A DNA stretch of 64,000 nt from Nitrosopumilaceae archaeon (GCA_965207375.1 OZ242274.1:2092696-2156695), one strand, 5' to 3'. Positions 50,344-60,677 are shown, counted from the stretch's first letter. The notes: generated by a model from the sequence alone, not told the origin. Program-made: numbers and translations.

Positions 50344-51465
50344 TTGAAAAAAAGATTAAAGACGAAATCTGTGATGGCAATCTTATTTTCAGCATTGCTG
50401 TTAATTCCTGCAATCTCTCTTAGCAATGCAGATGACTCTATTATAGCTACGACAAACTCGGATATACCTAATCCATTAAAGCAAATTCAAAACGGCACAT
50501 CACTAGATGAGATTATGTGCAGAGATGACAGAATACTGATGCTGCGACCAAATTCAGAACCTGCTTGTGTATATGATACAACTGTAGGAAATCTAGAGAT
50601 GCGCGGATGGAACATCTTTGTTGCCACTTTGGCAATAGGAAATACCAGCTCACCTGATGGTGATATTGCAATATCAAATTTCACTGGACATGATAAACTA
50701 TTTTTAAACCCCAAGAACATAATAGATGCGATACCACAAGATGTGACATTTGACTACGAACTGAAAATGCCACCTGATGATCCCGATGCATTTGCAAAAA
50801 GAATGATTGATTTTTTTAATGATACTCTGATAGAAATTACTCGTCATGAGGATATTAATAGATACGTTACAGAAAGAGGTTGGGTAGAAATTAGCAAAAA
50901 TCCGGTGCTTATTAGTTATTTATCTGCCGAGTTTGTTTATACTTTTTATAGTGTTGGTAGAATAAACCCTGCACATGCAGATTCAGTAACTGATGCTCTG
51001 ATAAACGAATTGAGCATAACCATCGATGATACTGTGATCTATACTGAAGGTCATAGTTATGTGGATTATGACCACCGATGGACACAGACGTATGGTGACG
51101 AATATATAATTTATAGTAATGAAATAAGCACTGATTTTGAACCCGGCTATACTTTTATCAGAATCGGCTCGTGGAGCAGTGACTTATCTGAAATGCAGCT
51201 TTACAACATAACAAAAGCATGGGATGATAATACTGAGTATATTTTCAGATATGCAGAACTGACAGGTCCTGAGTGCAATGTAGGGTATGATAAAGCATCA
51301 GGTATTGGAGGTGGTCTTCTTATATTATATGGCAGACCTGTCTATGAATTTTATGCAGGTGCATGTACGATCCCAATAGATGCTAACCATTCTAGATGGT
51401 TTTCCATATGGGTTGATGCGTTAACTGGAAAACCGTTGTTTATAAGCGACAGGATTTTGTTTTGA
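50344..51465 (+). CDS. Secreted hypothetical protein with thaumarchaeal PLKQ...C...PACV N-domain
   Basis: Signal peptide; PLKQIQNG..IMCRDDRILMLRPNSEPACV; ends with WVDALTGK (PepSY-like). Confidence 0.7.
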   Translation: MKKRLKTKSVMAILFSALLLIPAISLSNADDSIIATTNSDIPNPLKQIQNGTSLDEIMCRDDRILMLRPNSEPACVYDTTVGNLEMRGWNIFVATLAIGNTSSPDGDIAISNFTGHDKLFLNPKNIIDAIPQDVTFDYELKMPPDDPDAFAKRMIDFFNDTLIEITRHEDINRYVTERGWVEISKNPVLISYLSAEFVYTFYSVGRINPAHADSVTDALINELSITIDDTVIYTEGHSYVDYDHRWTQTYGDEYIIYSNEISTDFEPGYTFIRIGSWSSDLSEMQLYNITKAWDDNTEYIFRYAELTGPECNVGYDKASGIGGGLLILYGRPVYEFYAGACTIPIDANHSRWFSIWVDALTGKPLFISDRILF

Positions 51466-54400
51466 TCATGTTGTATACCAAAACACTCATCTTGATGGGG
51501 GTTATTTTTGCTCTTGGTTTTAGCATACAAGAGTCATATGCACAAGCAGCTGAACTAGTTACCGACATACTTGTATCTCAAAATGACGAACAGATACACA
51601 TTACAAAACCGGATAATCGAAATTCCACACTAGTTGATGTTAATCCACTAGCATTGTTTGCAGAAAATATGAACATCACGGTTTTTGGTAAAACCATTGA
51701 AATCACCCGTGAAAAAATAATCCAACGGACATCTGATGACTTTACATACGTTGGCAGTACTTTTAATTCTTTTGAAAATGTGTGGATAGCATATTACAAT
51801 GGTACTATGCGCGTTGAATTATCTGAAATAGACAGTTATGTTTTGGAACCTTTTAACGACATTCATATAATTAGCCGGTACGGGGGCGGAGTTAGTTTTG
51901 GCTCAAATAATGAACCAGGAGTATTATCACTAAATCCAAATTATAAAAAAATGATAGATTCTGCACCTGTTGGCACATTCCATAAGAACACTCATCATGA
52001 TATCTTTATTGATGTGATTTACTTGTATACTGATCAAGCTGAAGCAGAAAAAGGACAAAGTGGAATACGATTAATGGGTAATCTGGGTGTGGATAAAACA
52101 AACGATGCATTTACTCATGCGAGGATTCCAGTTCAACTAAGACATGTAGAAACATCAAATGTCGATAAAGGATATGTGGAGTCAGGTTTAATGGCTACTG
52201 AATTAAATCGTTTGATTAACACAGATGATGATTATATGAAACGTGGTATTGCCGTACGTGATAAAGAAAAAGCTGATGTAGGTTTCTTATTTTTGGGCGG
52301 CATATTAGATGTAGGGTATTGTGGACGCGCTAGTGGTATTTTACCTGATGCAGATAGTGCCTTTGCGGCAATTAATGTTAGATGCAAAGCGCATATAGGC
52401 ACTGTAATTGCTCATGAGTTTGGTCATTTAGGTGGCGCATACCATGATTATGAAACAAATCTTAATCAATCAAATAATACCATCGGTTATTTTGACAAAC
52501 CCTTCTCATACGGGCATGGATATACCAACAAGGCTGAAAAACTGAGCACAATAATGGCATATCCTTGTACCAATAAACGTGGTGAAGTTATCTGTGATTG
52601 GCGAAATACATGGTCAAATCCTAGTAAAGATTTTGAACGTAGCATTACTGTTGCAGGCACTGAAAAATATGAAAACACTGCTTTGGTCCTTTTACAAACT
52701 GCACCTCTAATAGCTTCATTTAAGGGCGATAATGTTACATATGTAGAGAAAAACACAACTCCCCCTACACTTGCATCTATTAGTAACATCGAGATATCAA
52801 GAGGAGCGACTAAAACCATACCTGTTTCTGCAACCGATCCTGAAAAGATAACTCTTACACTAGTTACTGCACCAAGCTGGGTTAGCCTGAATGATAAGGG
52901 TAATGGTAGTGGAGTGATTACAATTAACGTTCCAACTACTTTAGACAAGTATAGTTATACTGTAACTGTAAAGGCATCAGATAATGATGGTTCTGTTACT
53001 CGTACATTTACTGTAACTATTTCTGACACTGCGCCTTCAATATCAGACATTTCAGATGTAACACTCAAGGCAAGTCAGACAAAGACTGTCAGTATAACTG
53101 CAACTGATGCGGAATCTGATCCCATAACTCTGACCTTGCAAGTGGCACCATCGTTTGCCAAAATAACACATAACGGTAACGGCAAGGCTACAATAACACT
53201 GAATCCTGATTCCGCAGATATAGGCACCCATACAGTAACTGTACAAGCTGTAGCCAACGGCAAATCTGATACTGAATCCTTTACGGTTACAGTGACTAGA
53301 AACACTGTACCTAGTGACACTCCGCCTGTAATCTCGCCTATTTCAAACATATCATTGACCGATTCTCAGACACTTTCATTTTCAGTTACAGCAACTGACA
53401 AGGAAGGTGATACCATAACACTATCACTTTCATCATCTCTCGGATTTGTTACTCTTACCGGCAATACAATTTCTATCAATCCTACAAGCTCCGATGTCGG
53501 CATATATACGGTAACGGTACAGGCCGTAGCCAACGGCAAGACAGATACTGAATCCTTTACGATTACAGTATCCAAAACAGTAGTTGATACTGCCCCTGTG
53601 ATATCTGAAATTTTAGATATGGCAATGACTGATTCTCAAACTAGAACCGTTACAGTTACTGCAACTGATACAGACGGTGATACAGTATCACTATCACTAC
53701 AATCATCACCTAACTTTGTCAGCATATCAGGAAATATCATTACAGTCAAGCCTAGCACATCTGATGTCGGCACACATACTGTAACCGTAAAGGCTACAGC
53801 CAACGGAAAATCAGATACGGAATCTTTTGAAATAACTGTAATCAAAACAGCAATTGATGTCGCACCCATAATATCTGAAATTGTAGATATATCAATGACA
53901 GATTCTCAAACTAGAACCGTTACAGTTACTGCAACTGACCCAGATGGTGACACAATATCACTATCGCTACAGTCAGCACCTAGATTTGTCAGCATAACCG
54001 GAGACACCATTACAATAAAGCCTAACATGTCTGATATCGGCACCCATACTGTAACTGTACAAGCTGTATCCAACGGAAAAACAGACACTGAATCATTTAC
54101 TGTAACAGTATCTCAAACAATAGTTGATAGCCCACCGGTTCTAACACCACAACCAGACATTACACTAAACCACACAGAAACAAAAACACTTGCAGTTACA
54201 GCAACGGACCCTGATGGCGATACCATAACTGTGAGCCTTGCAAGTTACACGCCTGACTTTGTAACGATACAATCTGTACCAGGAAACTATACCATCCTGA
54301 TAAAACCTGCACTGTCTGATGTAGGCACGCATGATATAGGGATATATGCAGATGCAAACGGAAAACGAGCAGTTGATGTATTTAAAATTACAATACTAGA

Positions 54401-56114
54401 GGAAATCATAGATGCAGCACCTGTAATATCTACAATTCCTAATGTCTCCATGTTTGATTCACATACTAGAGCAGTTACAGTTACTGCAAGTGACAGAGAG
54501 GGTGATACCATAACACTGTCACTACAATCAGCACCTGACTTTGTTACTTTATTAGATAATATAATAGCAATAAAGCCTGCTAAAACCGATATCGGCACAT
54601 ATACAGTAACTGTACAAGCAACAGCCAACGATAAATCAGATACCCAATCTTTCAAGGTAATAGTGGCCAAGAGAGTCACCTTTGACACAGGACCAGTAAT
54701 GCAAACGATTCCGGACATTACAATGATTCATACTCAGACAGAAACACTTACTGTTACTGTAACTGATAAAGAAAATGACATCATAACTATGAGCCTTGCA
54801 AGATATGCGCCTGACTTTGTTACTTTATTAGACAAGGGTGGCGGCAAGGGAACCATTACAATAAACCCAGATCCGTCTGATGTGGGAGTTCATTATGTTG
54901 GAGTATTTGCATATGCCAACGGCTTGTTTGCAGGTAATACGGTACGTGTGGCAGTTACCAATGTACAGGCAGATACTGTACCTCCTGTCTTTTCTAATAT
55001 ACCTGCAGACATTATACAATCAACTAGTTCCAATAAAACTTTAGTAACATTTGTGCCACCCACTGCAACTGATGACACAGACGGCACAATACAGGTCATA
55101 TCATCACACAAGTCAGGCATATTATTTCCCATAGGAAACACAACTGTAACATTTACTGCAACAGATTCTGCAGGAAACAAATCAATACACAACATGGTAA
55201 TCACAATTACCAAAGCACCGCCTGCTGCACCTCCCGTTGTCCTGTTTCATGACACCTTTGATGGTACACTAGACAGCTGGACATACAAGGAAATACCTTA
55301 TACACCGTGGATAAAAACAGATTGTGATACACAAAACAATAACGCATACACGTTATTGTACAGTACAGAACATAATGGTTCTGCACATCTAAACTATACA
55401 GCACAGTGCTGGTTTGGAATGGCAGGTGCAAATAAAACCATAACCATACCAGAGTCCCAAAAAGACCATTATCTGCAAATCAGTCTAGATCACAGGAGCC
55501 TTGCAGACATGCGCCACTATGCAAATGTCGGAAATGTAAACAATCACTTTATGTCAATTACTGATTCTGATGGTCTAATTATACAATATGTGACGTTGTT
55601 TCAGGGTGAATCTCATGATACCATACAGGATAGCACCTGGAGACAAAAATCAATTATGTTGTCTCCTACAGAGATAGCAAGATGTCCATGTGACGTGTTT
55701 GTCTATGTATCTGACTATTGGCGTATACCATGGAAGCAGCAAGGGTACATTGACAATGTAGAAATGAAATTTGTGCAGGGTGTGACAGGTACTATACCTG
55801 AGATACAAAACAGTTTGACTATAGACGAATTTACACAAGCAGTATTTGCAAATGGCACCAAGGTTTCCATTACAGGAAAATACGTAACTGATGATACGGT
55901 TCTAGTATCTTGGGAGGCATTTGCAGATGCAACCCAATACAAGGCAGTAATTGTACTTGCAGATACACAAGCAAAGACTGTACACAAGAAAATCACAAAT
56001 ACTCTATACGAGTTTACGGGACTCGAACCTGACACTGCATATACCATCAAAGTCATGGTGGCAGATGACCCTTCAACTAAGAGTGTCATTACGGCAACCA
56101 CACTAGACAGGTGA
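51462..56114 (+). CDS. Large secreted metzincin (reprolysin/M12B-like) with 8 Ig/cadherin-like repeats, HYR and FN3 domains
   Basis: Signal peptide, HEFGHLGGAYH, Met-turn STIMAY, ~90-aa DTxP..VTATD repeats, DTVPPVF...FPIGNTTVTFTATDSAGN (HYR), GLEPDTAY (FN3). Confidence 0.87.
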   Translation: MIMLYTKTLILMGVIFALGFSIQESYAQAAELVTDILVSQNDEQIHITKPDNRNSTLVDVNPLALFAENMNITVFGKTIEITREKIIQRTSDDFTYVGSTFNSFENVWIAYYNGTMRVELSEIDSYVLEPFNDIHIISRYGGGVSFGSNNEPGVLSLNPNYKKMIDSAPVGTFHKNTHHDIFIDVIYLYTDQAEAEKGQSGIRLMGNLGVDKTNDAFTHARIPVQLRHVETSNVDKGYVESGLMATELNRLINTDDDYMKRGIAVRDKEKADVGFLFLGGILDVGYCGRASGILPDADSAFAAINVRCKAHIGTVIAHEFGHLGGAYHDYETNLNQSNNTIGYFDKPFSYGHGYTNKAEKLSTIMAYPCTNKRGEVICDWRNTWSNPSKDFERSITVAGTEKYENTALVLLQTAPLIASFKGDNVTYVEKNTTPPTLASISNIEISRGATKTIPVSATDPEKITLTLVTAPSWVSLNDKGNGSGVITINVPTTLDKYSYTVTVKASDNDGSVTRTFTVTISDTAPSISDISDVTLKASQTKTVSITATDAESDPITLTLQVAPSFAKITHNGNGKATITLNPDSADIGTHTVTVQAVANGKSDTESFTVTVTRNTVPSDTPPVISPISNISLTDSQTLSFSVTATDKEGDTITLSLSSSLGFVTLTGNTISINPTSSDVGIYTVTVQAVANGKTDTESFTITVSKTVVDTAPVISEILDMAMTDSQTRTVTVTATDTDGDTVSLSLQSSPNFVSISGNIITVKPSTSDVGTHTVTVKATANGKSDTESFEITVIKTAIDVAPIISEIVDISMTDSQTRTVTVTATDPDGDTISLSLQSAPRFVSITGDTITIKPNMSDIGTHTVTVQAVSNGKTDTESFTVTVSQTIVDSPPVLTPQPDITLNHTETKTLAVTATDPDGDTITVSLASYTPDFVTIQSVPGNYTILIKPALSDVGTHDIGIYADANGKRAVDVFKITILEEIIDAAPVISTIPNVSMFDSHTRAVTVTASDREGDTITLSLQSAPDFVTLLDNIIAIKPAKTDIGTYTVTVQATANDKSDTQSFKVIVAKRVTFDTGPVMQTIPDITMIHTQTETLTVTVTDKENDIITMSLARYAPDFVTLLDKGGGKGTITINPDPSDVGVHYVGVFAYANGLFAGNTVRVAVTNVQADTVPPVFSNIPADIIQSTSSNKTLVTFVPPTATDDTDGTIQVISSHKSGILFPIGNTTVTFTATDSAGNKSIHNMVITITKAPPAAPPVVLFHDTFDGTLDSWTYKEIPYTPWIKTDCDTQNNNAYTLLYSTEHNGSAHLNYTAQCWFGMAGANKTITIPESQKDHYLQISLDHRSLADMRHYANVGNVNNHFMSITDSDGLIIQYVTLFQGESHDTIQDSTWRQKSIMLSPTEIARCPCDVFVYVSDYWRIPWKQQGYIDNVEMKFVQGVTGTIPEIQNSLTIDEFTQAVFANGTKVSITGKYVTDDTVLVSWEAFADATQYKAVIVLADTQAKTVHKKITNTLYEFTGLEPDTAYTIKVMVADDPSTKSVITATTLDR
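52758..54970 (+). repeat. Intragenic ~270-bp repeats encoding eight Ig-like domains
   Basis: For example gattctcaaactagaaccgttacagttactgcaactga at 53631 and 53901. Confidence 0.85.
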
Positions 56115-56121
56115 GCAATTT

Positions 56122-56619
56122 TTGAAAAAATCAAATATGATTTTTACTGAAATTATCAAAGATCTTCAATCAACACTAAAGGCAGATTTGGCGCAGATTC
56201 TATTTACACTCAAAAAAAATCCAGCATTAGGATATACAAAAATCACAGAAAAGGGACGTGAGGTTGGAAAAAAATACGGAATACGGTTGATAGTAAATTT
56301 TCCACATGAGGGAAAAATTGACGAATATGAAATGTATGGAAAGCGAGATCTGAGTCTGATTATTGATCAAACCAAAACACGGTTCCCAGTTGACAGAGAC
56401 GTCATAAAACAAAAGGCTACAGAGTTAATCAACGGAGTAAAGACTGAAGACGCATACATGTATGAAAACAAGGAAGGCGTAAGGCTGCTTTTTGAGAATG
56501 GACGAATAGACATTCTGCCACATTCTGTACATATTTGGTGTGAATTTACAGACAATGTGACCGAATTTTGTGATTGGCTGTTAGAAACAGTCTATCTATG
56601 TAACAGATCGACTTTCTGA
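56122..56619 (+). CDS. Conserved hypothetical protein; last codons now supplied by the IS66 end
   Basis: Removing the IS restores ...ETVYLLKS*; current end is ...ETVYLCNRSTF*. Confidence 0.75.
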   Translation: MKKSNMIFTEIIKDLQSTLKADLAQILFTLKKNPALGYTKITEKGREVGKKYGIRLIVNFPHEGKIDEYEMYGKRDLSLIIDQTKTRFPVDRDVIKQKATELINGVKTEDAYMYENKEGVRLLFENGRIDILPHSVHIWCEFTDNVTEFCDWLLETVYLCNRSTF

Positions 56620-58336
56620 AGTTACTCTGGGATTTAGATGACCCATGAAACTGCATGCAAAACCCCGGTGCAGTTTACGTCAATGAACCAGTATACAACA
56701 GATTCAGATTACAGAAATGATCATACAGTAACAAATTTTGTGTATCACACGGTATACATTTGATGGTATCATGCAGCAACTGTGACTTTTGGCATGGGAA
56801 TTTCTTTGATATTTCCACGCAGATACTCCTTGACGAAATGATACGGATTTACATCGCGCCTTTCACATGTGGCAAATATGCTTTGACGTATCTCTGTGGT
56901 TTTTAGGCCTCTCTCTGAGCGACTACCGTAGAATATCTTCCTCATTATAGCAAATATGCGCATTGCCTGCTCGCTTGCATTGTTGTGGTACGGCACACCA
57001 TCATATTTTAGAAATGTTAGCAAAGAGTTACCCTCGCGTTTTAGTCGCTTTACATATCTGAGACAATCTGTATCCTCATATGTTCCTGTAGCAAGTGCAT
57101 TGATTCTTTTTTGCAGTTTAGTTATGCTGCGCTTTGGAATGTCCTGTACTGTGTCGTGTTTTTTGCCAAGCTTTATTGCAGATTTTAGTATCTTGTATAG
57201 TTCATCAAAGAATGTTTGAAATTCTTTTTTGTCATTTTTTTCAAGCGTTCTATACATGTCTCTGAAATAGTGTAGCAGGCATTTTTGAAGTATGTCTGCA
57301 ACACTCCATCCAGGATGAGAGTCACCCATTAGTATGCCCTCAAAATCCTTTAGAAACGTCTCAGATACCATTTTGCTTCTAGATTGTGAGATGTGATATA
57401 CTACCGTGTATATCGAATGAAACACCCATGCCCAGCATAGTTTGCCGTTTAGATACCATCCTGTTTCGTCACCTCCTAGGATTTTTGCCTTGACAATCTC
57501 ATCAAGAAGCGAATAATATACAGGTTCTAGGCATTTTGAGACGCGTGCATCAAGTTTTTCAAGTGTGGATATGGCAATATTTTTGCCGTAAAACATCTGC
57601 AAGAGTTTTTGTATTTTGCCATACGATATAGTCAGGTTTCTCATTGCAGAAATTCTTGCCATTATTGTGATGCTAAAATGCTCTTCTGGCATAAAGTCAA
57701 TAGGTTTTGCATATTGCATGCGTGCACATTTTTTGCAGTATCTGCCCACAATAGTCATGTTGACACCAGACCATTTGCCGTCTATTATCGATTCACCGTT
57801 TCTAGTGTATTTGCTTGACGAATCTGCAAGCGGATTACCACATGATGGACAAAACTTGTGATCTACAATTACATCTGTGGTCTCATGGTCTTGTTGCGTA
57901 TATTTTGGCTGCGTCTTTTGTTTTTTGATCTCTGGGTATCCCTTGTACTCTCTGGTGTTATAGCTACTGACATGACTGGATCTTGTTTTTTTCTTTTGCA
58001 GTTTTGCTATGAGTTTTTTTAGTTGAACGATTTCTTCTTTTAGCTGTTTGTTTTCTGTGATTACTTGTTTGTTTTCTGCAATCACTTGTTTATTTTCTGC
58101 AATCACTTGTTTGCTTTCTACATCTTTTAGCTGATTGTCTTTTTGCAGATCTTTCATTTGTTTATCCATTTGATCAAATTTTTCAGTAAGAACCTCGAAA
58201 AGCTTGTTGACATCGGGATTCTTCCAGTCTATTTCTTCAAGATCAAATCCCGGCATCATAATTTTATGCTGATGATAGTGATCCTTATGCTTTACTGCCT
58301 GACTATATAAGGAACTTCAGAGAGTCGGAATGTTAC
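56600..58336 (-). mobile_element. IS66-family element, single-ORF (ISBst12-like), 1737 bp
   Basis: 27-bp imperfect TIR starting GTAACA; 8-bp TSD CTATCTAT (56592-56599 / 58337-58344). Confidence 0.93.
56769..58259 (-). CDS. tnpC: IS66-family transposase TnpC
   Basis: Coiled coil, CPSC...CKKC, GDETGW, QKCLLHYFR, NNASEQAMR. Confidence 0.92.
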   Translation of the reverse strand: MMPGFDLEEIDWKNPDVNKLFEVLTEKFDQMDKQMKDLQKDNQLKDVESKQVIAENKQVIAENKQVITENKQLKEEIVQLKKLIAKLQKKKTRSSHVSSYNTREYKGYPEIKKQKTQPKYTQQDHETTDVIVDHKFCPSCGNPLADSSSKYTRNGESIIDGKWSGVNMTIVGRYCKKCARMQYAKPIDFMPEEHFSITIMARISAMRNLTISYGKIQKLLQMFYGKNIAISTLEKLDARVSKCLEPVYYSLLDEIVKAKILGGDETGWYLNGKLCWAWVFHSIYTVVYHISQSRSKMVSETFLKDFEGILMGDSHPGWSVADILQKCLLHYFRDMYRTLEKNDKKEFQTFFDELYKILKSAIKLGKKHDTVQDIPKRSITKLQKRINALATGTYEDTDCLRYVKRLKREGNSLLTFLKYDGVPYHNNASEQAMRIFAIMRKIFYGSRSERGLKTTEIRQSIFATCERRDVNPYHFVKEYLRGNIKEIPMPKVTVAA

Positions 58337-58351
58337 CTATCTATTAAAATC

Positions 58352-58705
58352 CTAATTATCCAAGGCAGCAACAATCTGTTTGGCCTCTTGATGATCAGGA
58401 TTTTGTGCCAAGATTTTTTTGCAGCATTGTATGGCAATATCGTTTTCTTTGAGATGCAAATGAACATTTGCTTTAAGATGTAGAGTTTCTATATCATCAG
58501 GGTTTAATTGTAAGGAGCGATCAAAGTAGTCTAGTGCTTTTTTTGCATCCTCAACAATATAGTAAATGCTTCCCATGATAAACAAGTAATCAGGATCTTG
58601 AGAAAATTCAGATGCTAAATTGTTGCCAAACTCTATGGCCTCCTCATATTCTCCTTGCTGGATTAATTTACGTAACTTTCTTTTTGGAAATTTGAAAAAC
58701 GCCAT
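58352..58705 (-). CDS. TPR-repeat protein
   Basis: ALDYFDRSLQLNPDD and AIQCCKKILAQNPDH repeats. Confidence 0.85.
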   Translation of the reverse strand: MAFFKFPKRKLRKLIQQGEYEEAIEFGNNLASEFSQDPDYLFIMGSIYYIVEDAKKALDYFDRSLQLNPDDIETLHLKANVHLHLKENDIAIQCCKKILAQNPDHQEAKQIVAALDN

Positions 58706-58738
58706 GTTATCCTCAAATGTTTTTTGTTCAAATTCAAA

Positions 58739-60265
58739 TCAGGAAATTGCAATTATTCCCTGCTTTATCATATACTGTATTCCTAGCACAAAGGTATTAT
58801 CGTCAATCTGGCCGCTTGACCACAGACCTGCATTATTTTTTACCCAGCTTGGAATAGGATTGTCTTCCAAAGCCTGTTCCTGTTTGGTATCACCAATGAC
58901 AATTATTCGCTCCTTTATCATGTACTGTATTCCTAGCACAAAGGTATTATCGTCAATCTGGCCGCTTGACCACAGACCTGCATTATTTTTTACCCAGCTT
59001 GGAATTTTTGTCTCAGCAGGTGTAATCATAGGATCTACAAGTCCTGATTGATCATTGGGTTTTACATTAATTTGAATTATGGTATAATCAATAGGTGTTT
59101 CATTATGATCAGGCACTACAAAGTCTGGGGCAAGACCATAGACTATTATCATGTAATTGTTGATTCCAACAGGTTCTTTGACAGTCATTGAACGCTCAGC
59201 TAAGCCAGATGGAGAATATAAGAATTGATTACCTTCTTCTGCTGCTAAATTACGTATTAAGTTGGTTTCATCATCGACTACTACAATATCATACTGAACT
59301 TGATTCAAAAATGCAGTTTCGTCAAACTTGTTTTTGAATTTGATTAACCATTCAGTATCGCATCCTTGTTTTGGCTCTTCAGGTTTGTATAATATTTCCA
59401 ATCCATAATGAGAATCTTTTGTAGATTTCTTGATAGATTTAAATTTGATATTGTCAGGGTCTGGACAGCCCAAGGCTTTTTCAGCTATAGCACTAGGAAC
59501 AATATCAACAAAAGGATCAGATTGAACATTTTCCTTGTAATCTAGCAATGTAAATGAATATTCTGGTGGAGGTATGCCTTCAGAAACGTGTGTCAAAGTA
59601 TCTGCTTTTATTGGAAATGGAAAATCATCTAATACCCAAATAGAACTGTCAGCACCACCTGCACGCCAACCTATCTTTACTGTATCATAGGTACCGGCAG
59701 GCACATTAATTGATTCAGTAGAAATTGGTTTTACTTGTTGCCCACCAATGTTTCCAATTTTTCCCCAAGAGACTTCACTGAATGCTTTTGGTCCTTTTTC
59801 AGCTTTATCATAAGAGGTTGCAAATGAGGACAACCAGGATATCGAAGATTTGAATGCATCTCTGTAATCTGCAAGTACCTCATCTCCGCCGCTAGGCTCT
59901 GCAGTTACTTTCCCAAGTACCATATCGCCTTTCAGAATTTGATTGCCGTCATAGACTACAGTCTTTACCAGCCATTTTTTTTCAGAACCAACTTGCCTGT
60001 CTCCTTGTACCCACAAATCCATCTCAAAGAACTGACATTCTTTGTATACGACATGACATAACCTATATGAAAATTGATCTCCTTGCTTTAGTCCCTCTCC
60101 TAACCACCAATCACCTGGAACATCAACGCCACCGCCAATTTCTTGAGCATGTGCTAGAGACATAGATGAAAGTAAAACAGTTGTCCCCAACATGAAAAAC
60201 AGTAAAACAGAATTCAAGTGATCTTTTTTAAAAAAATACCTAGTTAAATCTTGTTTATTGCGCAT
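58739..60265 (-). CDS. Secreted/surface protein with two C-terminal IPSWVKNNAGLW repeats
   Basis: Signal peptide, VPAGTYDT motif, duplicated C-terminal repeat. Confidence 0.8.
   Translation of the reverse strand: MRNKQDLTRYFFKKDHLNSVLLFFMLGTTVLLSSMSLAHAQEIGGGVDVPGDWWLGEGLKQGDQFSYRLCHVVYKECQFFEMDLWVQGDRQVGSEKKWLVKTVVYDGNQILKGDMVLGKVTAEPSGGDEVLADYRDAFKSSISWLSSFATSYDKAEKGPKAFSEVSWGKIGNIGGQQVKPISTESINVPAGTYDTVKIGWRAGGADSSIWVLDDFPFPIKADTLTHVSEGIPPPEYSFTLLDYKENVQSDPFVDIVPSAIAEKALGCPDPDNIKFKSIKKSTKDSHYGLEILYKPEEPKQGCDTEWLIKFKNKFDETAFLNQVQYDIVVVDDETNLIRNLAAEEGNQFLYSPSGLAERSMTVKEPVGINNYMIIVYGLAPDFVVPDHNETPIDYTIIQINVKPNDQSGLVDPMITPAETKIPSWVKNNAGLWSSGQIDDNTFVLGIQYMIKERIIVIGDTKQEQALEDNPIPSWVKNNAGLWSSGQIDDNTFVLGIQYMIKQGIIAIS
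58763..59005. repeat. 93-bp direct repeat (58763-58855, 58913-59005), one mismatch
   Basis: Encodes IPSWVKNNAGLWSSGQIDDNTFVLGIQYMIK twice, 150-bp period. Confidence 0.95.
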
Positions 60266-60300
60266 ATAGGCAAATATATAGGAAAAATTAGAATTTAGAC

Positions 60301-60468
60301 ATGTGTGAGTGCTCCAAGGTACACTTGTACGAGGTAGAATACAAGCTAGAGGGCATGATAGTGGTTCCCACGCACAAAAATTGTGGCAACAGTCTAAACG
60401 AATCTCAAGCCGAAAAGCTTCGAAAGGATCTCATAAAGTTATGGGGATTCGAAGAGGACGAAGAATAA
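60301..60468 (+). CDS. 55-aa Cys/His microprotein (MCECSKVHLYEVEYKLEGMIVVPTHKNCG...WGFEEDEE)
   Basis: Hand-translated; CxC...HxxC; AATATATA about 25 bp upstream. Confidence 0.75.
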   Translation: MCECSKVHLYEVEYKLEGMIVVPTHKNCGNSLNESQAEKLRKDLIKLWGFEEDEE

Positions 60469-60492
60469 AAAAATTGTAATAAACTATCGAAG

Positions 60493-60636
60493 TTACATAC
60501 TTCCGACAGCTTCTTTACAAACGTCGGTTGAACATTTGCAATCTGCACTGCATATACAATGACCTTGCATTGCACAGTCACAAGAATAATCTGGATCTCC
60601 GCTCTCTGCTTCGCATCCACATGCTTGATCGACCAT
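60493..60636 (-). CDS. Metallothionein-like 47-aa peptide (MVDQACGCEAESGDPDYSCDCAMQGHCICSADCKCSTDVCKEAVGSM)
   Basis: Hand-translated; 9 Cys as four CxC pairs plus one; TTTTTAAA about 25 bp upstream on the minus strand. Confidence 0.75.
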   Translation of the reverse strand: MVDQACGCEAESGDPDYSCDCAMQGHCICSADCKCSTDVCKEAVGSM

Positions 60637-60677
60637 GTTAGTAGTAATCAATACCTGTTTTAAAAAGTTAGTGCAAA

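Noticed and set aside
58763-59005. DGR template/variable repeat pair
   Set aside because: Only one synonymous mismatch, both copies are in one ORF, and there is no reverse transcriptase
60405-60620. 71-aa ORF in the track
   Set aside because: Alternate frame of the metallothionein-like gene; also overlaps the 55-aa gene
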